64,000 nt of DNA from NCBI GenBank assembly GCA_963746845.1, contig CAVVCZ010000004.1:1280001-1344000 (forward strand), written 5' to 3'. The position numbers and the translations under genes are program-made. Under the pieces are notes generated by a model that saw nothing but the letters and a program-made list of their open reading frames with translations, did no database searches and was not told the DNA's origin. Positions 1 to 8,613 of the stretch are shown in pieces. How positions within the stretch are numbered: position 1 is the first letter of the stretch; every line of letters starts with the position of its first letter. This DNA comes from an uncultured Chloroflexia bacterium. GTDB lineage: Bacteria; Chloroflexota; Limnocylindria; Limnocylindrales; CSP1-4.

Positions 1-838
1 CGGACCGCACGAGCGCTTCCCCGACGAGCGCGCCGTCGAAGCCGGTCGCGCGCCACGCCGCGATCGTCGAGGCGTCCCGGACACCGGACTCCGCGATGAC
101 GAGCCGATCGTCCGGGACGAGCCCGCGCAGCCGGATCGCCCGCCCGGTGTCCACCTCGAGGGTCCGCAGGTCCCGGTTGTTGATCCCGATCAGCCGGGCC
201 CGGGTCGCGAGCGCCCGCGCCAGCTCCTTCTCGTCATGAGCCTCGACGAGCGGCTCCAGCCCGATCTCCAGCGCGCGCTCGACGAGCCCGGCGAGTCGCT
301 TCGCCGGGTGGAGGACCGCGAGGAGCAGGACGAGGTCGGCACCGGCCGCGCGGAGATGGGGCAGCTGGATCTCCTCGACGACGAACTCCTTCGCGAGCAC
401 CGGGATGCTCACCGCCGCGCGAACGGCCCGGAGGTCGTCGACGGATCCGCCGAACCAGTGCGGCTCGCACAGGACGGAGATCGCGGCCGCTCCTCCCGCC
501 TCGTACGCGCGTGCGCGGGCGACGATGTCGTCGTCGGTGACCGCGATCTCCCCGGCCGATGGCGACGAGCGCTTGATCTCGGCGATCAGGTGGAGGCCCG
601 GGCCGGCCAGGCGTCCGAGGATGTCCCGCGGGAGCGGCGTGGCCTCCGCGGCGGCGAGGTGGTCGTCGAGGCTGAGCCGGGCCATCTCCGCGCGGATGTC
701 GGCGCGTCGGCGGTCGGCGATCTCCGCGACGACGTTCCGGGACCGCCGCCCCGCCGGTCCGGAGCCGTCGGGATCGGACGCGGCGTCGTCGTCGGACGGC
801 GGGAGCCGCTCGAGATCCGGCCGGTCGAGGAGGGTCAT
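1..838 (-). CDS. trpC: Indole-3-glycerol phosphate synthase (3' end outside window)
   Basis: Minus-strand translation gives IAEIKRSSPSAG, SVLCEPHWFGGS, LAKEFVVE, LVEAHDE, IGINNRDL, VIAESGV; ATG at 836-838 overlaps the trpD stop. Confidence 0.95.
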   Translation of the reverse strand, partial: MTLLDRPDLERLPPSDDDAASDPDGSGPAGRRSRNVVAEIADRRRADIRAEMARLSLDDHLAAAEATPLPRDILGRLAGPGLHLIAEIKRSSPSAGEIAVTDDDIVARARAYEAGGAAAISVLCEPHWFGGSVDDLRAVRAAVSIPVLAKEFVVEEIQLPHLRAAGADLVLLLAVLHPAKRLAGLVERALEIGLEPLVEAHDEKELARALATRARLIGINNRDLRTLEVDTGRAIRLRGLVPDDRLVIAESGVRDASTIAAWRATGFDGALVGEALVRS

Positions 839-1890
839 GCCGGCGCGCCCTCGGCGACCGGCGGGCGCCCGGCCTCGGCCGCTCGTCGCTCGGCGCGCAA
901 CCGTTCCAGGAGCTCGGTCGCGAGGCCCGCGTCGATGGTCAGCGCCGCACGATCGATCCCGTCGGCCAGCTCGTCGACGACGCCCGCCACGACGAACGCC
1001 GCGCCGGCGTTGAGGAGCACGACGTCCCGGCGCGCGCCGGGCTCGCCGTGGAGCACGGATTCCACGATCCGGGCGTTGTCCGCCGGCGTGCCTCCCTTCA
1101 GCTTGGCGTTCCCGGCCTTCGTGAGCCCGAGGGCGGCCGCGTCGACCCGCCGCTCGGTCACGCCGGACGGCGTCACGTCGAGGATCGTGCCGGTCCCGTC
1201 GAGCGGCAGCTCGTCGATCCCCTCGCCGCCGACGACGAACGCCCGCTCCGAACCGAGACGGTGGAGGACGGCGGCGAGGCGTGGGGCCGCGACCGGGTCG
1301 GCGACGCCGATGACCTGGCGCCGGGCGCCTGCCGGGTTCGTCAACGGGCCGAGCAGGTTGAAGGCGGTCCGGACCCCGATCTCGCGACGGGTCGGCCCGG
1401 CGTGCTTCATCGCCGGGTGGAAGCCCGGGGCGAACAGGAACGCGAACCCGAGCTCGCGCATCGCGACGGCGGCCGAGACCGCGTCGTGGTCGATCCGGAC
1501 GCCGAGCGCGTCGAGGACGTCGGCGGACCCCGACTGTGACGTCATCGCCCGGTTGCCGTGCTTCGCGACCGGGACGCCGGCCGCGGCCACCACGAGCGCC
1601 GCGGTCGTCGAGATGTTGAACGTCCCGCTGCCGTCGCCCCCGGTCCCGCACGTGTCGATGGCTCCGTCGGGCGCGTCGACGCGGAGGACGCGCTCGCGCA
1701 TCGCCGTCGCGAACCCGGCGAGCTCGTCGACCGTCTCGCCCCGCATCCGGAGCGCGACGAGCAACGCCGCGAGCAGGGCGGGTGTCGCCTCGCCGTCCAT
1801 GACGCTGCCCATGGCGTCGCGGGCTTCGTCGAGCGTCAGCGTCCGCCCGTCGACGACGGCGGACAGGGCGGAGCGGACCCGGTCGCTCAT
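835..1890 (-). CDS. trpD: Anthranilate phosphoribosyltransferase
   Basis: DTCGTGGDGSGTFNISTT, KHGNRA, SGSADVL, RTAFNLLGPLTNP; start MSDRVRS overlaps the trpG stop. Confidence 0.97.
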   Translation of the reverse strand: MSDRVRSALSAVVDGRTLTLDEARDAMGSVMDGEATPALLAALLVALRMRGETVDELAGFATAMRERVLRVDAPDGAIDTCGTGGDGSGTFNISTTAALVVAAAGVPVAKHGNRAMTSQSGSADVLDALGVRIDHDAVSAAVAMRELGFAFLFAPGFHPAMKHAGPTRREIGVRTAFNLLGPLTNPAGARRQVIGVADPVAAPRLAAVLHRLGSERAFVVGGEGIDELPLDGTGTILDVTPSGVTERRVDAAALGLTKAGNAKLKGGTPADNARIVESVLHGEPGARRDVVLLNAGAAFVVAGVVDELADGIDRAALTIDAGLATELLERLRAERRAAEAGRPPVAEGAPA

Positions 1891-2573
1891 CGGACGCCCT
1901 CGGCCGCGACCGGCTCCGCCTCGGCCAGCCCCGCGGTCGCGAACGACCCGCTCGCGTCGTCGAGGCGCGACGCCTCGCCCTCCCCGGCGAGCCGCAGGAA
2001 GTTCGCGAGCAGATGCGGGCCCTGGGGCGTGAGGACCAATTCCGGATGGAACTGGACGCCTTCCAGCGGCAGGGTCACGTGGCGGATGCCCATGACCACC
2101 CGGTCCACCTCGCTCATCGCGGTGACCCGGAGCTCCGGGGGCAGCGTCGCGGGATCCACGGCCAGCGAGTGGTAGCGGGCCGCCATGAACGACGGCGGCA
2201 TCCCGGCGAGCAGCCCGGCGCCGTCGTGGGTCACCTCCGAGGCCTCGCCATGGACGAGCGTCGGCGCGCGGACGATCGACGCGCCGAACGCGGCGGCCAT
2301 CGACTGCATCCCGAGACACACGCCGAGCAGCGGAATCTCGCGGTCGCGGGCCACTTCGATCGAGGCGACGGACACGCCGGCGGAGGCCGGGTCGCCCGGC
2401 CCGGGCGAGACGACGATCCCGCGCAGATCCGCCTCGGGATCGGCCGCGAGGGCCTCGATCCCGTCCCGCGTGATCGCGTCGTTGCGGACGACGCGCACGT
2501 CCGCCCCGGCTGCCTCGAGCGCCTGGACGAGGTTGAACGTGAACGAGTCGTAGTTGTCGATGACGAGGATCAT
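1887..2573 (-). CDS. trpG: Anthranilate synthase component II (glutamine amidotransferase)
   Basis: MILVIDNYDSFTFNL, SPGPG, LGVCLGMQ, RYHSL, GVQFHPE. Confidence 0.97.
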   Translation of the reverse strand: MILVIDNYDSFTFNLVQALEAAGADVRVVRNDAITRDGIEALAADPEADLRGIVVSPGPGDPASAGVSVASIEVARDREIPLLGVCLGMQSMAAAFGASIVRAPTLVHGEASEVTHDGAGLLAGMPPSFMAARYHSLAVDPATLPPELRVTAMSEVDRVVMGIRHVTLPLEGVQFHPELVLTPQGPHLLANFLRLAGEGEASRLDDASGSFATAGLAEAEPVAAEGVR

Positions 2574-4198
2574 CGCGATGCTCCGACCCCCGTGTCCGAC
2601 CGGGGCCGCGGCGCGTCGGCCGGGGCCGCCGCCAGCTCGATCGCCCGGCGTAGGGCCGCCGCCTTGTGCTCGGTCTCCTCGAACTCCTTCTCGGGCACGG
2701 ACGCGGCGACGATCCCGGCGCCCGTGTGGATGTGGGCCTGGCCCTCGCGCAGGACGGCGCTCCGGATCGTGATCGCGGTGTCGAGGTTGCCGTCGTAGCC
2801 GAGATAGCCAACCGCGCCGCCGTACAGCCCGCGCCGCTCACCCTCTGCGGCGGCGATCAGCTGCATCGCGCGGACCTTCGGTGCGCCCGAGAGCGTGCCC
2901 GCGGGGAACACGGATCGAAGCGCATCGAGGGCGTCGAGGTCCGGCCGGAGACGGCCCTCCACGTGCGACACGAGATGGAGGACGTGGCTGTACCGCTCGA
3001 CCTCCAGGTACTTGCTCACCGTGACCGTGCCGGGTCGCGAGACGCGGCCCAGGTCGTTCCGGCCGAGGTCGACGAGCATGATGTGCTCCGCCCGCTCCTT
3101 CGGGTCGCGCTGGAGCTGCTCCGCGAGGAGCTGATCCTCGCGCTCGTCGGCGCCACGTGGCCGTGTGCCGGCGATCGGGTGGGTCGTCAGGCGATCGCCC
3201 TCGACCTGGAGGAGGAGCTCCGGGCTCGCGCCGACCACCTCGAACTGGGGCGTCCGGACGAAGAACAGGTACGGGCTCGGGTTCACCCGGCGGAGCGCGC
3301 GATAGAGCGAGATTCCGTCGAGGGGGGCGCCGGTCGCGGGGTCCGTCGGCAGGTCGAACGACTGGCGGCGGGCGAGCACGACCTGGATCGCCTCCCCGGC
3401 GGCGATCGCGTCCTTGGCGACCTCGACGGCGTGGATGTAGGCCTCCCGGCCGAGGCTCGTGTCGATCCGGTCCTCGCCCAGCGCGACCGCCCCCGTGCCG
3501 CCGCCGCTCTGCAACGGGCGGCCGCCGCCGCCGCCCGCCAGCTCCGCGGCGCTCGGACGGGCGGTCCGCTCCAGCGCCTCGAAGATCGCCTCTTCGGCGA
3601 TCCGGTAGCGGCCCTCGAGGTCCGGCGCGTCGGTATGGAGCGAGGCGATCGCGCTCAGCGTGTGGGTCAGGTGGTCGAAGACGACGACGAGGTCGGTTTC
3701 GATGAACGCCGCCGTCGGTGCGCCGACTGGGTCGCGGTCCGGGAGCGGCACCGTCGGCTCGAACAGGCTGACCGCGTCGTACGCCAGCGCGCCGACCGCA
3801 CCGCCCGTGAACCGCGGCATGCCCTCGGTCGGCTGGACGCGGCGGCGCGGGACGAACGCCCGGATCGCGTCGAGCGGGTCGGGCGCCTCGGCGACATCGA
3901 TCGGGAGGTCCGGGCTGTAGGCCTCGACGGTCACCGGGCGGGTCTGCGTCCGGGCGATCCCGTCGCGGACCTCCAGCAGGCGGCGCGGACCGACGCCCAG
4001 GAACGAGTAGCGCCCCAGCCGCTCGCCGCCCTCGACCGACTCGAGCAGATAGGCCGGCGTCGCGGCGTCGTCCAGGCGGAGGAACGCGCCGATCGGGGTC
4101 TCGAGGTCCGCAGGGCGGGTGGCGCGCAGGAGCAGCGTGTCGGCGTTGCCGGCGAGTCGCTTCGCCTCGGTCAGGCTGAGCGGATCCGTTGTGGCCAT
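2570..4198 (-). CDS. trpE: Anthranilate synthase component I
   Basis: LLESVEGGERLGRYSF, NPSPY, PIAGTRPRG, AEHIMLVDLGRND, FPAGTLSGAPKVRAM; ATG 4196-4198 with AGGAGA RBS. Confidence 0.97.
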   Translation of the reverse strand: MATTDPLSLTEAKRLAGNADTLLLRATRPADLETPIGAFLRLDDAATPAYLLESVEGGERLGRYSFLGVGPRRLLEVRDGIARTQTRPVTVEAYSPDLPIDVAEAPDPLDAIRAFVPRRRVQPTEGMPRFTGGAVGALAYDAVSLFEPTVPLPDRDPVGAPTAAFIETDLVVVFDHLTHTLSAIASLHTDAPDLEGRYRIAEEAIFEALERTARPSAAELAGGGGGRPLQSGGGTGAVALGEDRIDTSLGREAYIHAVEVAKDAIAAGEAIQVVLARRQSFDLPTDPATGAPLDGISLYRALRRVNPSPYLFFVRTPQFEVVGASPELLLQVEGDRLTTHPIAGTRPRGADEREDQLLAEQLQRDPKERAEHIMLVDLGRNDLGRVSRPGTVTVSKYLEVERYSHVLHLVSHVEGRLRPDLDALDALRSVFPAGTLSGAPKVRAMQLIAAAEGERRGLYGGAVGYLGYDGNLDTAITIRSAVLREGQAHIHTGAGIVAASVPEKEFEETEHKAAALRRAIELAAAPADAPRPRSDTGVGASR

Positions 4199-4214
4199 CG
4201 ATGCGGTCTCCTGC

Positions 4215-4550
4215 GGCCCCCGGTTACGACCCGGGCTCGCCCGGGAATCAGAAACGACCAGTCGTCCCGGGACGAAAGGTCGTGCCTTCCGCGGTGCCAC
4301 CCTCATTCGGCGATGCCGCACTCGATGACCGACGGGTGGTCGTGGGCTGGTCCCGCGGCCGCCGATCGGCGCTGCCCTGTATCGCTGGCGCTCTGCGCCG
4401 AAGCCTACTGGGGTCGCGCCGCGTGTCCGAGGTGCTCACCGTTCGGTCCGGAGGCTCCCGGGTCCATTCCCTGTCGCCGTCGCTCCGGTTTCCACCAGCC
4501 ACCGGATCTCTCTGCCGACGCTCGACGGGTACTCGTCCCGTTCACAGCCC
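4215..4550 (-). ncRNA. T-box riboswitch, Trp (UGG) specifier
   Basis: T-box GAATGAGGGTGGCACCGCG at about 4290-4308; stem I with AGAGA and GGTGGAA loop motifs; specifier GAA-TGG-A with TGG at 4464-4466; AGTA box; directly upstream of trpE. Confidence 0.93.
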
Positions 4551-4571
4551 GTTCTTCGTGATGTGGCCGGG

Positions 4572-4601
4572 AGGATAGGCGCGTCCGGCCGGAAGCGTCA
4601 A
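4572..4601 (-). promoter_or_regulatory. Sigma70-type promoter of trp leader
   Basis: TTGACG-18 nt-TATCCT just upstream of T-box stem I. Confidence 0.7.
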
Positions 4602-4609
4602 GGCCGGGG

Positions 4610-4837
4610 TCAGGACCGCGGATCGGAGCCCGGCGGCCGGACCTCGAAGCCGGGGCAGGCCAGCACCGGGAGGCGCGGATAGCGCGCATAGGCCGGGTCG
4701 GCGCGCGAGCGCTCGCACAGCACGAACCGTGACCCACGACCCGACACGACCTCGCGGGCATGACGGCAGGTGTCGCACAGCCCGCCGGAGACCCGGCTCG
4801 GCGGTGAGAGCTCAGGCGGCGTCCGGTCCGATGGCAC
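4610..4837 (-). CDS. Small Cys-rich hypothetical protein (probable metal binding)
   Basis: GLCDTC...FVLCERS...YPRLPVLACPGF: four spaced Cys. Confidence 0.65.
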   Translation of the reverse strand: MPSDRTPPELSPPSRVSGGLCDTCRHAREVVSGRGSRFVLCERSRADPAYARYPRLPVLACPGFEVRPPGSDPRS

Positions 4838-4891
4838 GCGCGCACCGTACCCCGAGCCGCGCCGTCGGGGGCGCTCAGCGCGACGCGACTC

Positions 4892-5383
4892 CTACCAGCG
4901 CCAGCCCGGCAGGGACTCCAGCTCCGCCGCCTGATCCGGGTCCAGGGTCCCCGACCGGTGCCGGCCGCGGTACGTCGTCTCCCACACGCCGAGGGGGAAC
5001 CCCTCCGTGCTCGCGGCACCCGGCGGGAACGGGAGCGCGGCACCCGCGTCGATCGCCGCGCGGGCGAAGGCAAGGCCGCTGTCGAAGAACGGGTCCACCG
5101 TCCGCCACTGTCCGTCGTCGTCCTGGCCGAGCGTCAGCCGATCGACGAAGCACCACGCCCAATCCTCACCGGGCTCGAGGCTCCGCATGATCGGGTGGCC
5201 CGACGCGTGGAAGTGCTTCGTCGCGTGCCGGTTCGGGCTGGAGTCGCAGCAGTTGGTCCCGCCGCAGATGAGGCACTGGCGGAGGTGCACCCAGCGACTG
5301 CCGATCTCGACGCACGGCTCGCAGACCTTCAGCGGCGCCCCGCGGTGGGGGTCGATCTGGTCGAGATGGAGACAGGCCTGCAC
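4892..5383 (-). CDS. UBP-type zinc finger protein with C-terminal helicase-associated (HA)-like domain
   Basis: CxHL...CEPC...WVHLRQCLICG...CCDSSPNRHATKHF...EPGEDWAWC; C-terminus GFPLGVW...RSGTLDPDQAAELESLPGWRW; GTG 6 nt after TACCGT. Confidence 0.85.
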   Translation of the reverse strand: MQACLHLDQIDPHRGAPLKVCEPCVEIGSRWVHLRQCLICGGTNCCDSSPNRHATKHFHASGHPIMRSLEPGEDWAWCFVDRLTLGQDDDGQWRTVDPFFDSGLAFARAAIDAGAALPFPPGAASTEGFPLGVWETTYRGRHRSGTLDPDQAAELESLPGWRW

Positions 5384-5477
5384 GGCCCGACGGTACAGGA
5401 TTCCGCGGCGAAGATGGGCCGGGCCGACCGTGCCGCTCCCGCTCGACGGAACGCGGCGCACACGGCAGACTGGACCC

Positions 5478-6500
5478 ATGAACGAGAACGGCGGCGGGCC
5501 GCGCCATCGACGACGGCCCGAGCCAGCATCGAGCGCCGACGGCGCGAACGGGTCGTCGTCGACCGACCCGATCAGCGCGCTGACCATCGAGGCGACCGCG
5601 GCCAACGCGAAGTGGCGGGCGCTGCTCGCCGAAGGCGGCCCGATCCTCGCGGACGGGGCGATGGGCACGATGCTCTTCGCGTCCGGGCTGCAGTTCGGCG
5701 ACCCACCCGAGGCCTGGAACGTCAGCCATCCCGAGGTCGTCCGGCGGATCCATCGCGGCTACCTGGACGCGGGCTCGCGGATCGTGATGACGAACACGTT
5801 CGGTGGCAACCGGCTGCGTCTCCGCCTGCACGGGCTGGACCCGCGGGTCGCGGAGCTGAACCGGACCGCGGCGATCCTGCTCCGAGCGGAGGTGGACGCC
5901 GCCGGCGGCACGGCGCTCGTGGCGGGCGACATCGGACCGAGCGGCGAGATCATGGCCCCGCTCGGAACCCTCGACGAGGACGAGGCCGTTGACGTGTTCG
6001 CCGAGCAGGCTTCGGCCCTGGTCGCGGGCGGGGTGGACCTGATCTGGATCGAGACGATGAGCCACCTCTCGGAGATCGGCGCCGCGATCCGCGGCGCCAG
6101 GCGCGCCTCCCCGACGATCCCGATCGTCGCGACGATGACGTTCGACACCCGGGGCTTCACGATGATGGGCGTGTCGCCGGAGCAGGCAGCCCGGGCGCTG
6201 CTCGAGGCCGGCGCCGACGCCGTCGGGGGGAACTGCGGCAACGGTCCGGACGAGCTCGAGCCGGTCGTCGAGAAGATGCATGCAGTCGCGCCGGATGCCG
6301 TCCTCGTCGCGAAGTCGAACGCGGGGATGCCGGAGCTGATCGATCTCCGGGCGGTCTACCGGGCGGATCCGGAGACGATGGCGGCCGCCGGGGTCGGGTT
6401 CCGCCGGGCCGGCGCCCGGATCATCGGGGCGTGCTGCGGGTCGACGCCCGCGCACCTCGCGGCGATGGCCGAGGCGCTCCGGGTCCTCGAGACCGTCTGA
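5478..6500 (+). CDS. Homocysteine S-methyltransferase family protein (stand-alone Hcy-binding domain of MetH type)
   Basis: DGAMGTML, TNTFG, AGDIGP, IETMS, GGNCG, IGACCG; start uncertain. Confidence 0.9.
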   Translation: MNENGGGPRHRRRPEPASSADGANGSSSTDPISALTIEATAANAKWRALLAEGGPILADGAMGTMLFASGLQFGDPPEAWNVSHPEVVRRIHRGYLDAGSRIVMTNTFGGNRLRLRLHGLDPRVAELNRTAAILLRAEVDAAGGTALVAGDIGPSGEIMAPLGTLDEDEAVDVFAEQASALVAGGVDLIWIETMSHLSEIGAAIRGARRASPTIPIVATMTFDTRGFTMMGVSPEQAARALLEAGADAVGGNCGNGPDELEPVVEKMHAVAPDAVLVAKSNAGMPELIDLRAVYRADPETMAAAGVGFRRAGARIIGACCGSTPAHLAAMAEALRVLETV

Positions 6501-6533
6501 CCGTCTCGCCCGCGGCCCGGCTGCGGCGCCGGG

Positions 6534-7157
6534 TCAGTGCGCGGCGCCCTCGGCCAGCCGCTCCCCGGCCTCGACGCGAACGGACAGCCGGTTCTCGGCC
6601 GGGGTCAGCGGGCACGAGTACTGCGGCGCGTACACGCACGACGGGTGGTACGCGAGGTTGAAGTCGATCGCGTACGTCCCGTCCTCGTCGGGCTCCAGGT
6701 CGAGGTAGCGCCCGGCGCCGTAGGTCTCGCTGCCGCTCGTCGCGTCGAGGAATGGCAGGAAGAGCGAGCCGTCTTGGTGGGCGCCCTCCAGCTCATAGGC
6801 GGTCAGTCGCCGCGGCTCGTCGTCGAGCTCGAACGTGAACGTCCCGGCCCGGCGCGCCGGCCGGAGCTTGCCGTCCGATGTCGGGATCTGGAAGGTCGAC
6901 GGCTCGTTGCCCGCATACGGCGCCAGGTTCAGGCCCTCGAACACGAGCTCGACATTGACCGGGTAATACGGCAGGCCGGTGAAGTCGTCGCGCTCCTCGA
7001 ACGGGATCGGGCTGCCCGGGGCGCTCTTGAAGAAGGCGTCCTTCTCCGCACGGTAGCCCTGGATCGCCCCGACGTAGTCGTGCGGCCCGTCGTGGTGATG
7101 GTGCTCGTGCTCGTGCTCGTCGCCGTGGTCGTGGTCGTGGTCGTGCTCGGTCGTCAT
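6534..7157 (-). CDS. DUF1684 family protein with His-rich N-terminus
   Basis: LFLPFLDATSGSETYGAGRYL, IDFNLAYHPSCVY...SCPLTPAENRL...EAGE. Confidence 0.9.
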   Translation of the reverse strand: MTTEHDHDHDHGDEHEHEHHHHDGPHDYVGAIQGYRAEKDAFFKSAPGSPIPFEERDDFTGLPYYPVNVELVFEGLNLAPYAGNEPSTFQIPTSDGKLRPARRAGTFTFELDDEPRRLTAYELEGAHQDGSLFLPFLDATSGSETYGAGRYLDLEPDEDGTYAIDFNLAYHPSCVYAPQYSCPLTPAENRLSVRVEAGERLAEGAAH

Positions 7158-7195
7158 CGTCGCCGAAGTCTACGCGGCGGCGCGGCGACGACGCG

Positions 7196-7594
7196 TCAGG
7201 CGTGCTCCTCGTCGGCGTCGGCCTCGGCCTTCGTGCGGTGGATCGTGCCGGGCGCGTGCTGCGGCGGCGCGTACACCGTGTAGAGCTTGAGATCGACCGT
7301 CCCGGCGTTGACGATATTGTGGCGCGTCCCGGCGGGCACATGGACGAGGCGGCCGGCGGACACCTGGCCATGCTCGCCCTCGAGCGTGGCGATCCCTTCG
7401 CCTTCGACGAAGACGAGGACCTGGTCGACGTCGGTGTGGACCTCCTCGCCGATCTCGCCGCCCGGCGGGATGCTCATCACGACGACCTGGGCGTGCGGCC
7501 CGGTCGAGACGACCTCACGGAAGAATCGGTTGCGCTTCGCCCGCGCGACGATGTCGTCGACGTAGGGCTCGAAGGCCTTCTGGATCAGCGTCAT
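7196..7594 (-). CDS. Cupin domain protein
   Basis: QVVVMSIPPGGEIGEEVH..DQ, VPAGTRHNIVN, LYTVYAPPQH. Confidence 0.9.
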   Translation of the reverse strand: MTLIQKAFEPYVDDIVARAKRNRFFREVVSTGPHAQVVVMSIPPGGEIGEEVHTDVDQVLVFVEGEGIATLEGEHGQVSAGRLVHVPAGTRHNIVNAGTVDLKLYTVYAPPQHAPGTIHRTKAEADADEEHA

Positions 7595-7687
7595 GGCGTT
7601 CCCCTTTCGCCACGACGCTGCACCGGCTCGCGGCGTCCGGCAAGGGCCATTCGCCACGAATCCAGGCGGTCCGGACACGCCCGATGC

Positions 7688-7773
7688 TGGCGGAGAGGGT
7701 GGGATTCGAACCCACGAACCTTTCGGTCTCCGGTTTTCAAGACCGGTGCAATCGGCCGCTCTGCCACCTCTCC
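7688..7773 (-). tRNA. tRNA-Ser (UGA)
   Basis: GGAGAGG acceptor, anticodon arm CCGGT-CT-TGA-AA-ACCGG, long variable arm, GGTTCGAATCC T-loop, encoded CCA. Confidence 0.97.
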
Positions 7774-7810
7774 GCGCGTCATCCTACGGCGCGTCCCGGC
7801 GCCGCGCCGC

Positions 7811-8602
7811 TCACCGAAGGTCGTGGACGACCCAGAGGTTGGCGTCGTGCGACACACCGGTGTCCGCTTCGCGGTCGATCGCGAGCGTCGAGGTGGCACG
7901 CGGGATCACGTACTCGCCTGACTCGGGCAGGGACATCCCGCTCCACGACTCCCAGTCGGCGACCGATCCACGCATCGTCATCGACTCGGGCGACGCACGC
8001 ACGATCCGGGCGCCGAGCCGGACGTGGAGCCGGATCCACGGGTCGAACGGCAGGCCGTCGGCCCGCGTCCAGGTGGCATACCGCTCCATCGGCGCCAGGG
8101 GATAGCGGTCCTTCCACGTCGGGCGCAGGCAGGCGATGACCGCCCGGAACCCGGCCGATCGCGCGGCCGCCTTCATCGCCTCGACCATGGTCCCGGACAG
8201 ACCACCGCCGTGGAGATCCGGCCGGACGACGATCTGCATCGCGCCGAGCGTGTCCGGGGGGCGCCCGGCGTCGTGATCGGCGACCGCGCGCAGACCCTGC
8301 TCGACCCAGCCGGCCGGGAGCCCGTCGTCCGTGCCGTCCCAGCGCAACGGCATCGAGTTCGCGATCGCGGCGAACCCGCCGGCCTCGTCGGTCAGGACGA
8401 GCTGGAAGTCGGGCCAATCGCGATCCGCACGGCCGAACAGCTCCGCGGCGGGCTCGTGGGCGCGCATGAAGTCCGGCCAGACGGCGGCCATGGCGGCGTC
8501 GATCGCCGGCTCCGTATCGGGCCGCTCGGCGAACGTCGCGATCGACAGCCCCTCGGGCAGCCCCAGGCCGTGCGCGACGAGCCGCTCCTGGGTCGAGGCC
8601 AC
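7811..8602 (-). CDS. GNAT-family N-acetyltransferase
   Basis: IVVRPDLHGGGLSG acetyl-CoA motif, RPTWKDRYP, DGLPFDPWIRLHVRLG; GTG start after GGAG. Confidence 0.85.
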   Translation of the reverse strand: MASTQERLVAHGLGLPEGLSIATFAERPDTEPAIDAAMAAVWPDFMRAHEPAAELFGRADRDWPDFQLVLTDEAGGFAAIANSMPLRWDGTDDGLPAGWVEQGLRAVADHDAGRPPDTLGAMQIVVRPDLHGGGLSGTMVEAMKAAARSAGFRAVIACLRPTWKDRYPLAPMERYATWTRADGLPFDPWIRLHVRLGARIVRASPESMTMRGSVADWESWSGMSLPESGEYVIPRATSTLAIDREADTGVSHDANLWVVHDLR

Positions 8603-8613
8603 GGCTCGGACTC

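Noticed and set aside
7688-7773. tRNA as integration site of an island
   Set aside because: No integrase and no duplicated tRNA 3' end seen in the window
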